Source of the DNA: Bilabrum cf. latius
Lineage: Eukaryota
Direction: 5' to 3'
DNA: 64,000 nucleotides
Assembly: GCA_965178125.1 (NCBI GenBank)
Contig: OZ237741.1
Location: 1,054,001-1,118,000, forward strand
The notes beneath the pieces were generated by a model. The model searched no databases. It saw only the letters and a program-made list of their open reading frames with translations, and had not been told where the DNA came from. The position numbers and the translations under genes were made by a program. Below, in pieces: positions 38,601 to 52,522 of this stretch (its first letter is position 1; each line of letters begins with the position of its first letter).

Positions 38601-41600
38601 GAGACTTTCTCGCCGAAGAGCCGGAATACGTGCAGGTTTGAGGAACCGATGCACCCAGGTTGCGTTCCGGCGCATGCAAGGAGGCACGACTCATCGTCTC
38701 CGCCTATCATGTCGCTTTGTCTTACGAATGCCTCTGTAGACGAGCACTTCACAAACCTCACGGCTTTCCCAATCCGTACGATGGCGAGTTTTGAGCTATC
38801 TGCGCACAGTGACAGGTCGATTGCTTCGCTACCGGGACGGAGAGGCCCCGGACGCTCGTAGTACGACTCGAAAGAGCCGTCCTGGTCGATCCCCTTGGAC
38901 TCCCACTCGTGCCAGCCGTCCAGCTTGGGCATGGGCTGCCCTGGCAGTGCAGCTGCACGGAGAGCCCCGTAGGGCTAATTCCTCCAGACATCACCCAGCA
39001 GAGGGCTAGAGCGCAATGCCACGTGCTCGCTGGCGAACTCCTGGATCAGCCTTGTCATGTCACTTGATGACGATAGGCCCCCCGGTTCCCGCGGTGCTGG
39101 GACGCACGTGATGGGGTACGCTGTCCTGCGGTACGGCACCTTGTTCTGGCCGCTTACAGTGTAGTGGCGCGACACCAAAATTGCATGGCCCTGATGACTG
39201 CGGTACGTTACTAAGATCGGTCTGGTGGATGCGAGGGATGCAGCTGCCATCGCGCTAGCCTTTTGCTGCTCATCGCCCTTGAGGGTCATTTTGGGCTCGT
39301 CATCAAACACAGCAGACGCTTCATCAAGCACTTCATCGGCAGGAAGCGGCTGCACAGCCTTCTTCTGCCCGGATATTCCAATCACCGGCAACCAATGGGG
39401 CACTGGTGCTGCCTGTGGATCATCACCGATTACCAGAAATCCGCGCCCGAACACCTGGTATGAGGTTGGCGAACCGAACGGTCCTCCAGACTTCGACACG
39501 CCGCCAATGAACCAAATATTCACGGGTCCAGAGGATGGGAACTTGGTTTTCTTGATTGCAGCAATACCACTGCTTTGGTCGACCGGCTTGCATCCGTAAA
39601 AGCGAGGGTCTGACACATTGTGCGAAGACTGCACCCACGAGATCACTGTTTCAGCAGGTACAGAAGGACTGCTCGCAAACACCCGCAAGCTCTTTATCTG
39701 CTAGAACTGGAATTTGCGGCTGTCAGAAGCTCCGGGCTGGACCCCCACGCGCACCCACACCCCAGGCGAAACCGCGAACTCGATAGGGATGTCATCTTCC
39801 GGCCAGCCTGCAATCGGCTTGATGCTGCTGCACACGTGGTGGGGACCCAGATGGAATACAGAATCTGCAGCGTGCGGATACCGCTGCTCACCAGCATGCA
39901 TGTAAGCAGCGGGTGCTTTGATAGCTTTCGAGGGCTTAGGGAAGCGAACCGTTGCCGCTGCCTTGACGGCCATCACGGGCCCCTGCCACTGCTCGTTCTC
40001 GGGCTCCCTCGAGGCTAGTGCCCTGGCGGCTGCATCGACTGCGTCACTATACTGTTGCGGCATAGAATCCGACCGAACGTTCCCAGCAGCACCAGAGAGA
40101 GCAGCGAAGCTTACCGCCACGAGCGGAGAAGTAGTGTTGCTGAAGGAAGTCTTGTGCTCCCTCGGGACTACAGCCGAAGCAGATGACAACTTTGAATTCA
40201 AGCTGGACACCTGGCCTGAAGTAGTGAGCGCCTCCACGTCTGCGGGGCCCCGCAAAGGCGAAGCAAGGCCAACGGCTCGACGACCGTTCGGCTGCAGCCA
40301 GATGCACTTCTACAGCGCCTCTGGGGCAGCGTCCTCGAGCACCCCAGAGAGGGCCAGATCCAGTCTTGCTGGGATCGAGGTCATTCCATTGCGGTGCCAT
40401 AACATTGCACCAACGCCGCTTTTGCGCTGCGTGCCATCCGGTCCTGATCGTTGCAGAGTGAGGTCGCCCGGCATGAGCTGGAGGGTCTGCTTGGTGCGGT
40501 CAGGGGTGCTCGGCAGCGGCAGCCTCCCAGACAGCTCGTGGCTACGGCTCCCGAACCGCGCTAGGTACGTCTCGGAGGCCTCGCTGTCCATACCTCGAAA
40601 TAGCTTCAGCACGTGGGAAGTGCCGATTTCCGTGCCCTCAAGGATCGTTTGCAGGATCGTGTTCCGGTCCTCCTCAGTGGGTTCCTGGCCAGATTTATCG
40701 AGGAAATCGCGCACGTCAGTGGCGGCACGAATGGTGCGAGCTTGCAGCAGGTGGCACTGCCCGGTACTTGTGGCGTACATTCCAGCAGCGAAGGTACGGC
40801 TGGGCAAGTAGGTGTGCTCGAAGCACAGACTCGTCACGTCGCCGTCCCCATCCACAACTAGATCCTGTTGCTCCACGCCATCCATCTAAGACTTGGCAGC
40901 CTAATCTATGGGAAGCATGCTAATGGTACCCTGGCCATCACGACCCTTGCGTGCAACAACCAAGTACCTCTCGTACGAATGCAGCGTCTCTGCATCAGTA
41001 GCAGAGTAGGCCTGCATCTCCATGCTCGAATCAGCGACGAATTCACTGCAGGAAAAAGCCACTCCCTGCATCGCAGCTGGCGCAGGTCCATCGTATGACA
41101 GCTTCTCTACCTCCATAGTAAAAGAAGGGTGCGCCCCCACAGTCTGGCGCGCTGTGGCAGCAAACAGACGGCCGGATTCAGCACCGCCGCAAGCACAGCT
41201 GATTGCCACCCCGGTTTCGAACGGAATGGCTTGCATACCGACGCCAGACAACAACTTGCCATTGCCTTCGTCGAGCTCGCTCTCTAGCACAACCTGCAGG
41301 TTTGATGGCTTCGGGCTACCGTGAGAAGCACTCGCGGTGCTGCCCGCAAGCAGCCTCAGTTTTGTGGTCCCGTCGGCAGACTGCACGAGTGCAAACACCA
41401 GCAGCCCGTCACTCCACGCAGGGCGAATCGGGGCCGCCAGCATGGTGCGGATGCTCGGGCCGTCCACGACCGGCTTGCTTTGGAGTCGAGCGAGAGCTGC
41501 CCTGGCGTGGCCTAGGTCCTGCTGCGTCACCGCTTTCTAGCCGCCTTCCTTGTTCGCACGGTCGGAACCGCCAGATATGAGGTGCTGGATATCCTGCCCT

Positions 41601-44600
41601 GCGATGCTGCACACGTCCACTGAATCCACCAGGACGTACTTGTGCTCCTCCTCGGACACGGCCAGGCGGCAGAGAGTAAACTTGGTTCCAGAACTAGAAA
41701 CATACGATGGCTGGCCCGGTTGATTCCAGGGGCACACGTAGCGCAAGGGCACGCCTCGAAACGGACCGCCAGTGGCCGTGCATAGCTCGCCTGGGATCTC
41801 CGGTGTAGCTCGGTGGCATTCGGACAGCTGGACCAGCTCGGGCCCAGAGCAGTCAAAGTCATCGTCGTCAGGCAGGGCGTACAACGCATCCATGTCTGCA
41901 CCCAGGAGCCCCGTCACCACTGCCCGCACGCCGTCGTCCCCAACGGCAAGCGAGGACCACGCAGTCGGCGGCTTCTTGATGGTGACTGCTAGACCCACGG
42001 ATGCCCAGTTCACCCACTGCCTGTCGTGGGCCGGTGTCTCCATCCACTCTAGGATAGCCAACTGCTGGCTGTCTTGCTCTGCCTAGAGCTTGGACGGGTG
42101 CACCGTGCAGTAGTAGTCACCCGAAGAGCGGCCCATATCAGACAATAGCTTGAAAGTGTACGCGATCGAGCTGGCGGATGCGTCGGAATGGCATTCCTCT
42201 GCAGGAGTACTATCGTGCTGGTCACCGCTGGTTCCTGCTCCAGAAGCAGCAGGGGGAGGTGCTTCTGATCCGCGGCCCTGTGACGCATCCGAAGCACCGC
42301 GCGAGTTGCTAGGCTCGTGCCCCGACGCCAGATGCGACCGATCCACAATGGCCTGTAGAGAGACTAGTTTCTCGCCTTCCGCGGCCAGCACGGCTCCAGG
42401 CGACCCCGCCGCAACGAGCCTCGCGACCTCGACTGGTTCGGAATTGTCTGGGAACGCCACGATGGATCCCTGGCCGCGATCATCCGCAGCAAGGACGGCT
42501 CGCACCGTATCGTGCTCGTGTCTGCTGACCCGGTGGTCTCCCGCGTCGAGCACAGGGACCAGGTGCCGAATTCGAGCAGAGGACTCGAGACTTCCCATCT
42601 CGGCCAGGTCCACTGGGCCGTGAAGGGCAGGTAGGACGGCTTGAGCGGGCACGTTATGGATGGCGGTCCTCCACCTGGGATCGTCCAGCCAGGCAAGGCT
42701 CGTGTTCACGCCATTGATACCAAGGGCGTGGCAGATGGGAAGGAAGCCTGCCTTGAGCCACTCGGAGGGGACGATGGACTAGTCCTCGCAGTCATCAGAG
42801 CTGATGCACTTGGCCCACTCAAGCCCCCTGAGGAAGGCCTTGGCGTGATCCCTGGCCTCTGCCGCATCTGTGAAGAGCAGGATGTTGCAAGCTACGATGA
42901 AGTATCGGGCGGGCTTCGGCTCGGGCAGAACTGAGCTTGCCTGCCTGGAAGCGGGCGGTGCGCTGACGTCACCTGCTCCGGAGCTAGGGCCATCTGAAGC
43001 TTCGTGCTGCACCGGAACTACAAGAGGCACGTAGCCCTGTTTTGCGAGGGCCTGCACCCGGAGCAGCAGCTGCTTGTACTGCATCGCTCTGCGGTGATCT
43101 GCAGGCTCGAAACTGGCGGCGGTGGATGCGGCGGCCGATGCCGCACTCTCCGCAGGTGCAGCAGCAAGTGCATTGCCATCATCGCTTTGACCAGGCGATG
43201 CACTGGACGCGTCTGCGACGTCTCCCGCACCCGCACCTTCCTCCTCCTGCTCCTTCTTCACCCCACTCCCCTTGCTGTCACCCTTAGACTCAGCAGTAGC
43301 TGACGTGCCGTCCAGGTGGGCCTGGATGAGAGCATGGACTCTCAGCACAGGGTCGCGCGCGCTCCACCCGTGATCTGGCACCATAACGTGGTCTTGCGAG
43401 TACTTGCCGATTCTGACAGGGGCTCCCGAGGCCTGCTTTGCGTCGGGTTTCTTGACGAAAAGGTCCGATGGAACCGTCTCAAGCACCTCGTATGCCGTAC
43501 GTTCCGAGGGATCCTTGGATTTCTGCGCTGCCTCCTCGTCTTGGAGGCCCTTGGGCGTCTCTCCAGAGGCCCAATCTAGCTTCAAGCCGGAGAATTTCTT
43601 GCCCTCCACCAGCGCATCCTCCACGGAGGGCTCCAGCTTCTTGCCTCCGTCCCCGTGCAGGCCTGAATCCTGCAGAGCCGCTTGCCTCTCCAGCTCCGTG
43701 GCGCCCTCCTCCGCCTTTCGAAGGGCTGTCCAGCGACGGATCTCGTTGCCGTTCGCAGACATGAGGTAGAGCCACTGCATCAGGCGAGCTTGCTCGTGAA
43801 GCAGAGGAGGCTCCGCACCCCGGGGCGAGTCGTCATCGGGCCGCTGTTGCTCACCCTGGTCTCCGCCCGCTGCCGCAGCGGCGGAGGCCGATTCTCCTCG
43901 ATACATGAGCGCTGAGATGGCCTTAAAAGCGAGCGCGAATTTCCACTCGTCACTCGGGTGCGAGGCCAGCCACATTCGCGAAGCAAGTGCTCGGAGGGCA
44001 GCGCTCTGCGTGAAGCCCTTGTGCGGGGCTTGGTCAGCGTTGCAAGGAGGCAATGGTGCCCGTAGCAAAGCCGGGCGAGCCGTCAAATCATGCCAGTTCT
44101 TGAAAATTCCAGCGTCTGTGCCGGAATGCAGTTCTTGGGTGAGCACGCTGTGCAGATCGGCTGCGAGCTCGTCGTCGATCAGGAGAGCCCCCACGGGCCG
44201 GCGGATCTCTTCGCCGGGAACACCAGCTGTTCTTGAGGCGGCCTCCTTTGATGCCTTGATCTGGTCGAGTCTCTCCAGCAAGTGAGCGTCATCCAAGGCT
44301 TTGCTCGTCCGCTCGGAGAGCTTCCCAGCACGCTGCAACAAAGATATCGCTTCGTGCAGAAGGGCTCCCTCAGCGGGTGTCAACTGCAGTGGATAAAGAG
44401 ATTATGTGCGATAGGTAGTTGATGCATCACACATTATTAACCCGAAAAGAACACCGTGATCGCAGCCGCAGCCAGGCACGAGGATCGCCCCTCAATGGCA
44501 TCTTTCGTCTCCTCGATAGCGACTCACGAGCAAATGCGCCTCTGCAGCTTTTGTGTCATCGCGCTAGGCAGCAGCACTTCCTTCAGTGCGCATGATATCT

Positions 44601-45066
44601 CTAGCCTGCAAGATTCAACAGGAGTTCAAGTTTGGAGAGCACATACCGGCTCACTGCCAGAGCTGTACCAATCGGGCAAGCAGGCGAGCAAACTGCGTGG
44701 TAGACAATTCATCAGAATTCTTACATCCACTAAAGACCCGCCTTGTTGGCAGACATGTATCGTACGAAGCACAGCGTTGAAATTTGAAATCAAACTGTCG
44801 TGAGTGGCAGCAAGATTCCCCAATTGGGGCGCACCAGCAGCCGGGACTACCGAGTCATAGGCTAGACATCCAGTCACACCATTCAAGGCGGTGCACTATA
44901 CACCAGCAGACGAAGCTTGAGCAATTAGCGTGCGTGCATGCCGCGATTCTCCAAGCGATCCAACCTGGCACATTGACAGTACAGTATCGAGAGATACTCC
45001 CGCGCCCGGCTTATTGAGCAGTCCATCATCAAGACCAGTCGAAATTGCATCAACGAGCCGAAGCAT
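23664..45066 (-). CDS. Giant (~7000 aa) BIRC6/BRUCE-like E2/E3 hybrid ubiquitin-conjugating enzyme with UIM-like and C-terminal UBA-like motifs
   Basis: Proposed exons 45066-44725, 44605-44528, 44383-24621 and 24483-23664. The 19.7-kb exon has more than 30 TAGs and no TAA or TGA. Motifs: BIRC6-type WAKGTGYG; UBC domain DTPYDS...YPKGPP...RLNPN|LYANGKVCLSLLGTW...QVLVSIQGLIL..EPAFNEP with catalytic Cys; UIM-like MTEDERFAAAIAASM (~38270-38317). The two 5' exons are less certain. Confidence 0.85.
24484..24620 (-). other. Spliceosomal intron (137 nt) inside the UBC domain
   Basis: GTGAGC...TTTCTCGCAG; its removal restores the conserved RLNPNLYANGKVC motif. Confidence 0.93.
44384..44724 (-). other. 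Two predicted phase-0 introns (44724-44606 and 44527-44384) flanking a 78-nt exon
   Basis: GTAAGA...TTGCAG and GTGAGT...CTGCAG; joining keeps the frame. No homology support is available for this region. Confidence 0.6.
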
Positions 45067-45359
45067 TGCTCCAGACTCTGCCTAAGTTGCCCCCGTTCTT
45101 GCGAGGTGTTCAAGCCGGGAAGAGACGCGACTGCATGTGATGATCGTGGTACCAGCGGGGCAGCGTTGCCAGCACAACAGTTTTCATTATATTCAAGATG
45201 CCCAGACGTAAGGGTAATAAATCTAGCAAAGCCCAGAAGGGGGCGGGCAGGGGCTAGGGGCAGCCAAAGGTCGCTCTGGATGCCAAGCCAGAAGCGACGG
45301 CCGTAGATGACCTGATTTCCTTCGATTCTGGCGAATCACCGGCCTATGAGGACGATTAG

Positions 45360-48300
45360 ATGCCCTCTAAAGAAGAATTTGAAGCGCTGCTTGCCTCAAA
45401 TCCGGATGTTCTGCAACAAATGATCGCGGATGGCCTCATTGTTGAGGATGATCGCGACGAGATGGGCCCAACTGGCGCGGTGAACGACCAAGACGCCTCG
45501 GTGGACGCCCTCCCGCGGCAGGGCTCGAGCGGGATCATTCCAGGATAGCCATTGACGCTCCCAGAGGGGATGGGTAGCCCAGGAGGTCTGGCTAGAAGCG
45601 ACAGACGCCGTCCAGGCAGAGGCGGCCAAGGCGGATCCGCGGGTGGTATCCCGCAGATGCTGCGAATGCCATCAAACGACGAAGTCCACGAGACACTCGC
45701 AGATGAAGATGAGAGATGGACGCAAACTCTTAAGCGTGCTATTCCCAGCGTTGTGGTGATCCAGACGCACTCGCTCAACAACTTGGAAGGCGAATCAAGC
45801 GCAAGTCAGTCGACAGGAACCGGGTAAGCTTGCATTAAGACGCCAAGTCCTGCTGGAGGACTCCTGCTCAACTTTTCCATATTTCACGAATCCGTACCTG
45901 ATGTCGTTACTATTCGCCCATCTTGCAGGTTTGTTGTCGACTCTCGGCTGGGGCTCGTGCTGACCAATCGGCATGTGGCCTCGATCGGCCCAGCGACGCT
46001 CACCGTGACCTTTCAGTCGAACGAGGACGCCGAGGCAAGGCTCGTATACGTGGACCCCTTGCACGACTTTGCCTTTTTGCAGGCCGACCTCACCCACCTC
46101 TCCCGGGAGACGCTCCCACTCCGGGCCATCCGTCTGAACCCGGTGGGGGCGAGGGTTGGCACGGAGGTGCGGGTGATCGGCAACGATGACGCAGAGAAGC
46201 TCTCGATCCTCAGGGGAACGCTCTCCAGGGTGGACCGGGCGGCGCCCGAGTACGCCCCGTTTGGGTTTGTCGATCACCTGACGCACTACCTGCTGGCTGC
46301 CTCTGCCACGAGCGGGGGCAGCAGCGGCAGCCCGGTCCTGAACGTGTACGGCGAGGCAGTGGGTCTGAACGCGGGAGGGTCCACGAGGAGCTCGAACGCC
46401 ATGTACCTGCCGCTCTACCGCGTGGCTCGCGCCCTGGCCGTCCTGCAGCAGGGCAACCTGCCACGCAGAGGGTACGCCGGCGCTCAAGTGCACCACGTCC
46501 AGATGCACGAGTGCACCCAGCTCGGAGTGCCGCGCAAGGTGATGAAGTGGCTCACGGAGCACGGCAGGGGAAGGTATGGCATCGATCCGGGGGCGCCCGT
46601 AGGAACCAGCGACGGCGGCAGTGCGCTTGGCGGTGCTGGTGACCCGCGCGGGCACTCTCCCTGGGGATCAGCGGAACCAGGCGAGACGGGGGTCGCTGCC
46701 GACCTCGTCGCGCGCAAGCGGTCCATGGACGGTCTCAGCGCGCCCCCCGGCGTGAAAGACGCAAAGACCAGCACCGCGGTGAGCGGCATGCTCACCGTGC
46801 ACCAGCTGCTGCCGGGTGCTCCTGCCAGAGGGGATCCCTTGGGCGCTCTCAGGAACGAGCCAGGCATGCGTGCCCTGGGTCCCGACAGCGGGTGGGGGGC
46901 TCCGGAGGCGGGGATCCTCGGCGAGGTGGAGGGACAGGCCGGCAGTGGTGCTGCCGCCGCTGCCGGCGACGAGGGCGCTGGTGACGACGGGGAAGACACG
47001 GGCGGTGCAGGGTCGGGCGAGTCCGACGCCAGGCTTCGGGTGGGTGATGTCCTCCTGTCTATCAATGGGAGGCCGCTCGTAAGCTTCCTACCGCTCGAGG
47101 AGGAGTGCGACGCAGCGATGGAGCGGCTGCAGGTGCCGCCCCCCACGAGTGTTGCGCAGCCGCGCGACGAGGACTGCGACAGCGACGACCAATCCGAGGA
47201 CGAAGATGGCGATGGGCACAGCCGGCCAGATGGCAGTGGCGCCAAGGGTGAAAGCGCCGAGCCTGACGGTGCTATCGCTCGAAGCCTGAACGCGGAAGAG
47301 GCTGCTCTGGGTGGCGATCACGAAGCGACGGAAATGGGCGCATCGTGCAGCGCCGCCGGCGCCGCTGCCACCGCCTGGAGCGCCAAAGACGCCCAGCGGG
47401 CGGCAGCAGAAACCACCACCGCCGAGATGGAGAGGCTGGCTCAGCTTGCATCGCAGCGGGAGGGAGACGCCATCGGAGCTTTGCTGGACTCACTGCCAGC
47501 GTGCTGCGAAGCCGGCGAAGACGGCCCCCCGCCCGGTGTCGTGGTACTAGACGTGCTGCGAGGCACCAGCAGAGCTCTCCGGCTGGCTGTCCCAGTCATG
47601 GACGCGCACTCGTTGATTCCTCGCAGAGCGCTGCAGATCGGGGAGTGCCTCGTGCATGAGCTAAGCCTGTTCCAGAGGCTCTTTTTGCAGCTGCCCGTCG
47701 GATCGCTGTGCATCGCGGCCAACGGGACCGTCTTCCACGAGATCTCGGACGAGGTGCCCGGCACCGCCAAGTTCCTACGGAGGATCAACGGAAAGTACGT
47801 GCGCTGTCTTGGCGATGTGGCTGCAGCCCTCGCCGAGGTTGGGGACGGACAGCCGTTTCTGTACGACGTCACGCACGCGCAGGTGCCTGCCATCGAGTCG
47901 CACCCCCTGAAGAGTGTTCTGCATTGGAGCCTCGGAATCGCTAGGGTGCTCTCAAGGGACCCCGCCGCCTCCATTACGGAGGCCCATCGCGCAGCCAAGG
48001 CGTGGTCCTCGTTCCTGGATCGCATGGAGTAGATGGACCGGGGCAGTGGGCAGCTGGCCAGTCCGGGGCTTGGTGTGGGCGTGCCACATGGCGGAGTGCC
48101 AGGTGCCCCTGCGATCACGTTCCGGTCGGCCTGGACGCAGTCGCCGCTGCCAGAGCCGAGCACCGTGGGTGCAAGCGCTGGCGATGACGACGATTCCGAC
48201 TACGATGCCGTGCAACAGGCGCGTGATCGGCTGGCACGCGAGCTTCGGTCCACTCTGGCGCCGCTCACAGCCGGTGAGAGCGCGGCGGGTCACCAGGCCG

Positions 48301-51300
48301 CCATCAGTGCGGGCCTCACCGCAGCGCACGCTGGCAAGTGGGTCAAGAAGGCTGCGAGCGGGTCCATCATCAGGAGCAAGTCATCGTCCACCGCAAAAGC
48401 CGAGACCCAGCGGAAGTCGGCGCTGGACGAGCAGACGGATGCAGCCAACGCCGCCATGCGCCGCCGCCTGGCGTATGCCCGAAAGAAGGCACCCCGGAGC
48501 CTGGGCAAGGCGCTTGCAAAGTCGCTGCACCCAACCCTGCGTCCGCATGCTCTGCTCAAGAAGTCCGAGCTCCTCGACAGGGACGCCGCCCTTCGCAGCC
48601 AGGAGGCGCAGGCGAAGCTGGCTGCCAGTCGGGCGGAGGCAAAGAACGTTGGGGATGACGAGGACGAGGACGATGCGGGAGGTCCCCAGGACGATGCCGA
48701 GGAGCTTGGGGCTGAACTCGAGGCGATGCTCGAAGAGGAAGAGGAGGATGGGGAAGAAGGTAGCGGCGGTGGTGCTGGGAGCGGTGCGACCAAATCGGGT
48801 GGTGCCGGTGGCAAGTCCGGCGGCCGCAAGTCAGCTTCGTCCAAGCCGCCGCTGCCCTGGCAGGCCTCTGTCGCCCTCCGCAGCCTGGTTGTGGTGGAAA
48901 CGCGCATCGTGGCGCCAATCGAGGGCACGTCCTCCGCATCCAGCAGCGGCAGCGACCTCGCATCAATGCTTGGTATGGGCCCGAGCGGGATCGACATGGT
49001 GACCAAGGGGACGGGCATCGTCGTGTCGCGGGAGCTGGGCCTCGTGCTCGTCTCGAGGGCACTGTGCCCGGTGCTGCTGTGCTCCTGCTCCATCCGCATG
49101 CACACCACCCGCATCCCGGCGAGGCCGGTGTTTTTGTCACCCACGGCTGGGTTCGCGCTCCTTCAGTTCGATACCGGTGCTCTCCGGTGGAAAGAGCGAG
49201 GCCTGTGCCTGCCTCCCAACCCGTCGCTTCCCGCTTTGGCGAGGAGGGATGGGTCCACCACCTCGCAGCCGGGCGACGGTTTCGGCCCCGCATCTAACCG
49301 CAAGCGCCGCCACGCCGCCATAGGCAAGGCTCGGGGCGGCAGCGAGGGTGCTGAGGAGGACGGCGTCGACGATGAACTCATGCTGAGGCCGAGATGGGCT
49401 GCTCCAGACGACCAGACCGCCGCGTTTGTGGCCTTTCTCGAGGCGGATGACAAGGGCAGGGTGTCGAGGGCAGCGCCCGTCACGCTGGAAGTGTCCGGCA
49501 CGGGCGGGGTGCTGGACTCTTTGTACGAGAAGGCCGCGGTCACGGGCGTGACTGCCTCCGCTGGCCTCGTGCGATGTGCTCCCACCGCTCGGGCTTCCGC
49601 TTCCTGGACGAACGGGTCCAGCTTCGCGGCGCTGGTGAACGCGCGCGCTGAGCTTGTGGGCGTCATGTCCGCAAGCGTGGTGCCGGCGTGCATGTTTGCC
49701 GAAACGATCCGGCAGGTGTGCGAGCGCATGGTGCACGGGTCCAAGGCACCACTGAGCCTGGGGCGATTGCCAGTCACGCTGGAGAGCATCGGGTTCGGGC
49801 CGGCGGGCGAGAACTACGGGCTGCCTCAGGACATGGTGGACCGCTGCTCCAAGGACGGTGCGCGGGGGTGGTCGATCTCCCGCGTGTCGAGGGTCGAGAC
49901 ACCCCCGTCTGCAGCTGCGGCTGCCGCCTCACAGTACGCCGTGCCCAAGTCGATCGAGTCTTTGCCGCGCGTGTCTGAGGGAGACTTCATCCTCTCGCTG
50001 CTGCCAACCGAAGAGGACGAGGCCATGAGGAAGCAGCACCGAGCCGCCGTGCAGGCAGCCATCGAAGGCGCCCGCGGTGTCGGCAAGCTGGCCTGGTTGA
50101 AGACGGAGCGGTCGGCCATGACTGCCGTCCTGGCCGCCTTTGCAGCGCCATTCCAGTTCGTCTGGTCGGTCGCTGGGGTCGCTGCCCAAGACGTCCCAGC
50201 TGCCGCGCTCTACGGTGGACACGCAGTGGGTAGCGCTATCGGTTTGGCGGGTGCTTCGGTCGGGGGTAGTGCGAAGCGGTAGAGAGGGGCGCTGCAGGAG
50301 GCGCTCTGGAGGGTCGCTGCGCGCCCAGGGTCACCCCTTTAGTGGCTCTCGCCCTTCTCGTCAGCCGACAGGATGCTTGCGGGCATGTCAGCATCGTCGG
50401 ACGAGCGCATGGCGCTGCGGGCGTACATGGAGCTGCGGTGGCAAGACGAGATGCGGCTCTTCCGGGAGCACGCCGTCGGCTCGACCGGGACCCTTCCGGT
50501 GGGCATGGAAGGCGTGCGCGCCATCGTGGAACGGAGGGGCGGTCTGGCTCCTCTGCCCGGCCCGATGCGGGCGCCTGGTGCACCACCTGCCCGGGGTCCT
50601 GCCGCCGTGCTGCTGGCCGACCAGGGAGAAAGGGTGGACGAGCCGTTGAGCCTGGCGGTGCGTGCCCAGCACAGGTCTGCTCTCCGTGCCGTGGTGTGGC
50701 GCGCGGGCGAGGCTCTCGAGGTCGCGGTGCCGTGTGTGGACGTGTTCGGGCGGTCAGGGCGCGGCGCTGGCGCGCGCGAGGTGCTGTGCTGGTGCGGGAT
50801 GTACTTCCACCGCGTCGACCCTGCGCTGCTGCAGCGCGCACAGCTGCCCAAGCTGGAGCTCGACACGCCTGCGGAGCGGGAGGAGGTCAGGGCCTGGCTG
50901 GGGCTCGAGCATCCCGCCCAGGACGGGGAGGCTGCCGCGGGCCCATCAAGTCGGGAACCAACGCACGGTGTGATGGTCTCGTACGTCGACGCGGGCGCTC
51001 CCGGACAGGAGGTGCTCGCCACCGATGCGGCCAACTTCGTGTCCAGGGTGGCAGGCCGCCCCGTGCCAACGATGCGGGCGCTACGGGCCGTGGTGGCGCA
51101 GGTCGGCCACAGGCAGAGCGTGCGGATCGACACGATCAACGCATAGGACGGCACCAAAGAGGTGGGCGCACTGCGGACGGACTATTTGCTGCACCCCACA
51201 AGGTACCTCGTGCACACGGCGCCGCAGTTTGAGCTAAAGCAGGTGCTCGGCATGCCCCCGGTGGAGCTGCCGGCCCAGCTGGAGAACAACTGGGCAGAGA

Positions 51301-52274
51301 GGGTGAACGGGAGTGCACCAGTCGCGGCGCAGTCTGGCTAGCAGAGCCAGGTTGCACCCGCAGGAGCTGCGGGAAGCAAGGCTCCCGCCGGTCTCCGGGC
51401 TCGCATCGGCTCAACCGGCAGCCACGGCAGCTAGAGCGTCGGCCTTGAGAGACAGTCCAGCCTGGCGCTGTGGCAGGGAGGAGAAGGCAACTCGCAGGAG
51501 GGGGGGCTTGAAGGAGGGGCCTCCCTCGAGCTGGGTCCCGCCGCTGGTGGTGGCAGCGCGGGTGCTGGCCGTGGTGCAGCGAAGCAGGGGCAGCGTGATG
51601 ACCTGCTGGCGGGTAATCCGGACACTTTCGGTCGCACCAGCAGCAGCAGCGGCGGCGGCAGCGGCGCCAGCGGTGGGAGCAGGAAGCACCAGGCGCGTGT
51701 TGACGTGTACCTCTTCGGAGATGGGGCACCTGCCCACAGGCTGGTCGCGAGCTCAGAGGGACAGAAAGCCGCCACTAGTGGGAGCCGCGGCGGGCAGTCT
51801 GGCCCGCGTCCCTCGCCTTTGCCCAAGATCGAGAGTGAGGTGGAGCACCCAACCCCCGCAGCCTTGCTCGAGGAGCGCACAAAGGGCGCCATGGATGCAG
51901 ACGGGGCGGGCAAGGGGCCAGTGGGCTCACTGGTGTCGAACGTACAGCCCTATTTGGCGAGTGCGTGGGGCTGGACCAAGACGGGAGCCGTGGCGGCGGG
52001 CGCCATCACTTGCGTTGTGGTGGTGAGCGTGGTGTCGGCGGGGGCAGTGGTCGGTCTGGCACCAGAGGAAAGCCTGAAGCGTGCCGGTTTTATGATGTGG
52101 GGCAGCGTGAAGGATCTGATGAGGGATGCCGCCGACAAGGCCATGGCAGTGGCAGATCGGGCCAAGGAGGTAGCTGACCGAGCGAGGGCGCACGCGGACC
52201 GAGCGCGCGAGCACGCCAAATCAGTCGCCTAGCAGGCCAAGGATCGTATTTCCAAGCACACCTCTCGGTACTGA
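45360..52274 (+). CDS. NMA111: ~2269-aa Nma111/Ynm3-like HtrA-family serine protease with PDZ-like regions and a C-terminal hydrophobic segment
   Basis: Exons 45360-45823 and 45929-52274. Motifs TG|FVVD..LGLVLTNRHV, DPLHDFAF, EKLSILRGTLSRVDRAAPEY and GGSSGSPV (His/Asp/Ser triad). A second degenerate protease-like segment reads KGTGIVVSRELGLVLVSR. Eight in-frame TAGs; TGA at 52272-52274. Confidence 0.85.
45824..45928 (+). other. Spliceosomal intron (105 nt)
   Basis: GTAAGC...TCTTGCAG; its removal gives the conserved TGFVVD. Confidence 0.92.
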
Positions 52275-52522
52275 ATTGAGTTGTCATGCACAGCAGTCTC
52301 TGAACAGGGCAAGCACTCGTTCTCACAGAGGGTGGCAATTCACGGTGACTACTAGTAGCGGAACCTCATCGGAATCGCACACGATCCACGCCACAAGAAA
52401 AGCAGCGCTGCAAGCCTACTGCAACACGCCCAACGCATCATAGCAAAAGTAATCCCCTTTAAGGTGTCAAGCGCTCTTCTTTGTCCAGTCAGTAGATACT
52501 ATCCAGTTGAATTCAGCGCACC

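Noticed and set aside
23598-52338. Numerous 60-360-aa antisense and alternate-frame ORFs in the track
   Set aside because: They are expected shadows of GC-rich coding DNA and show no recognisable motifs.
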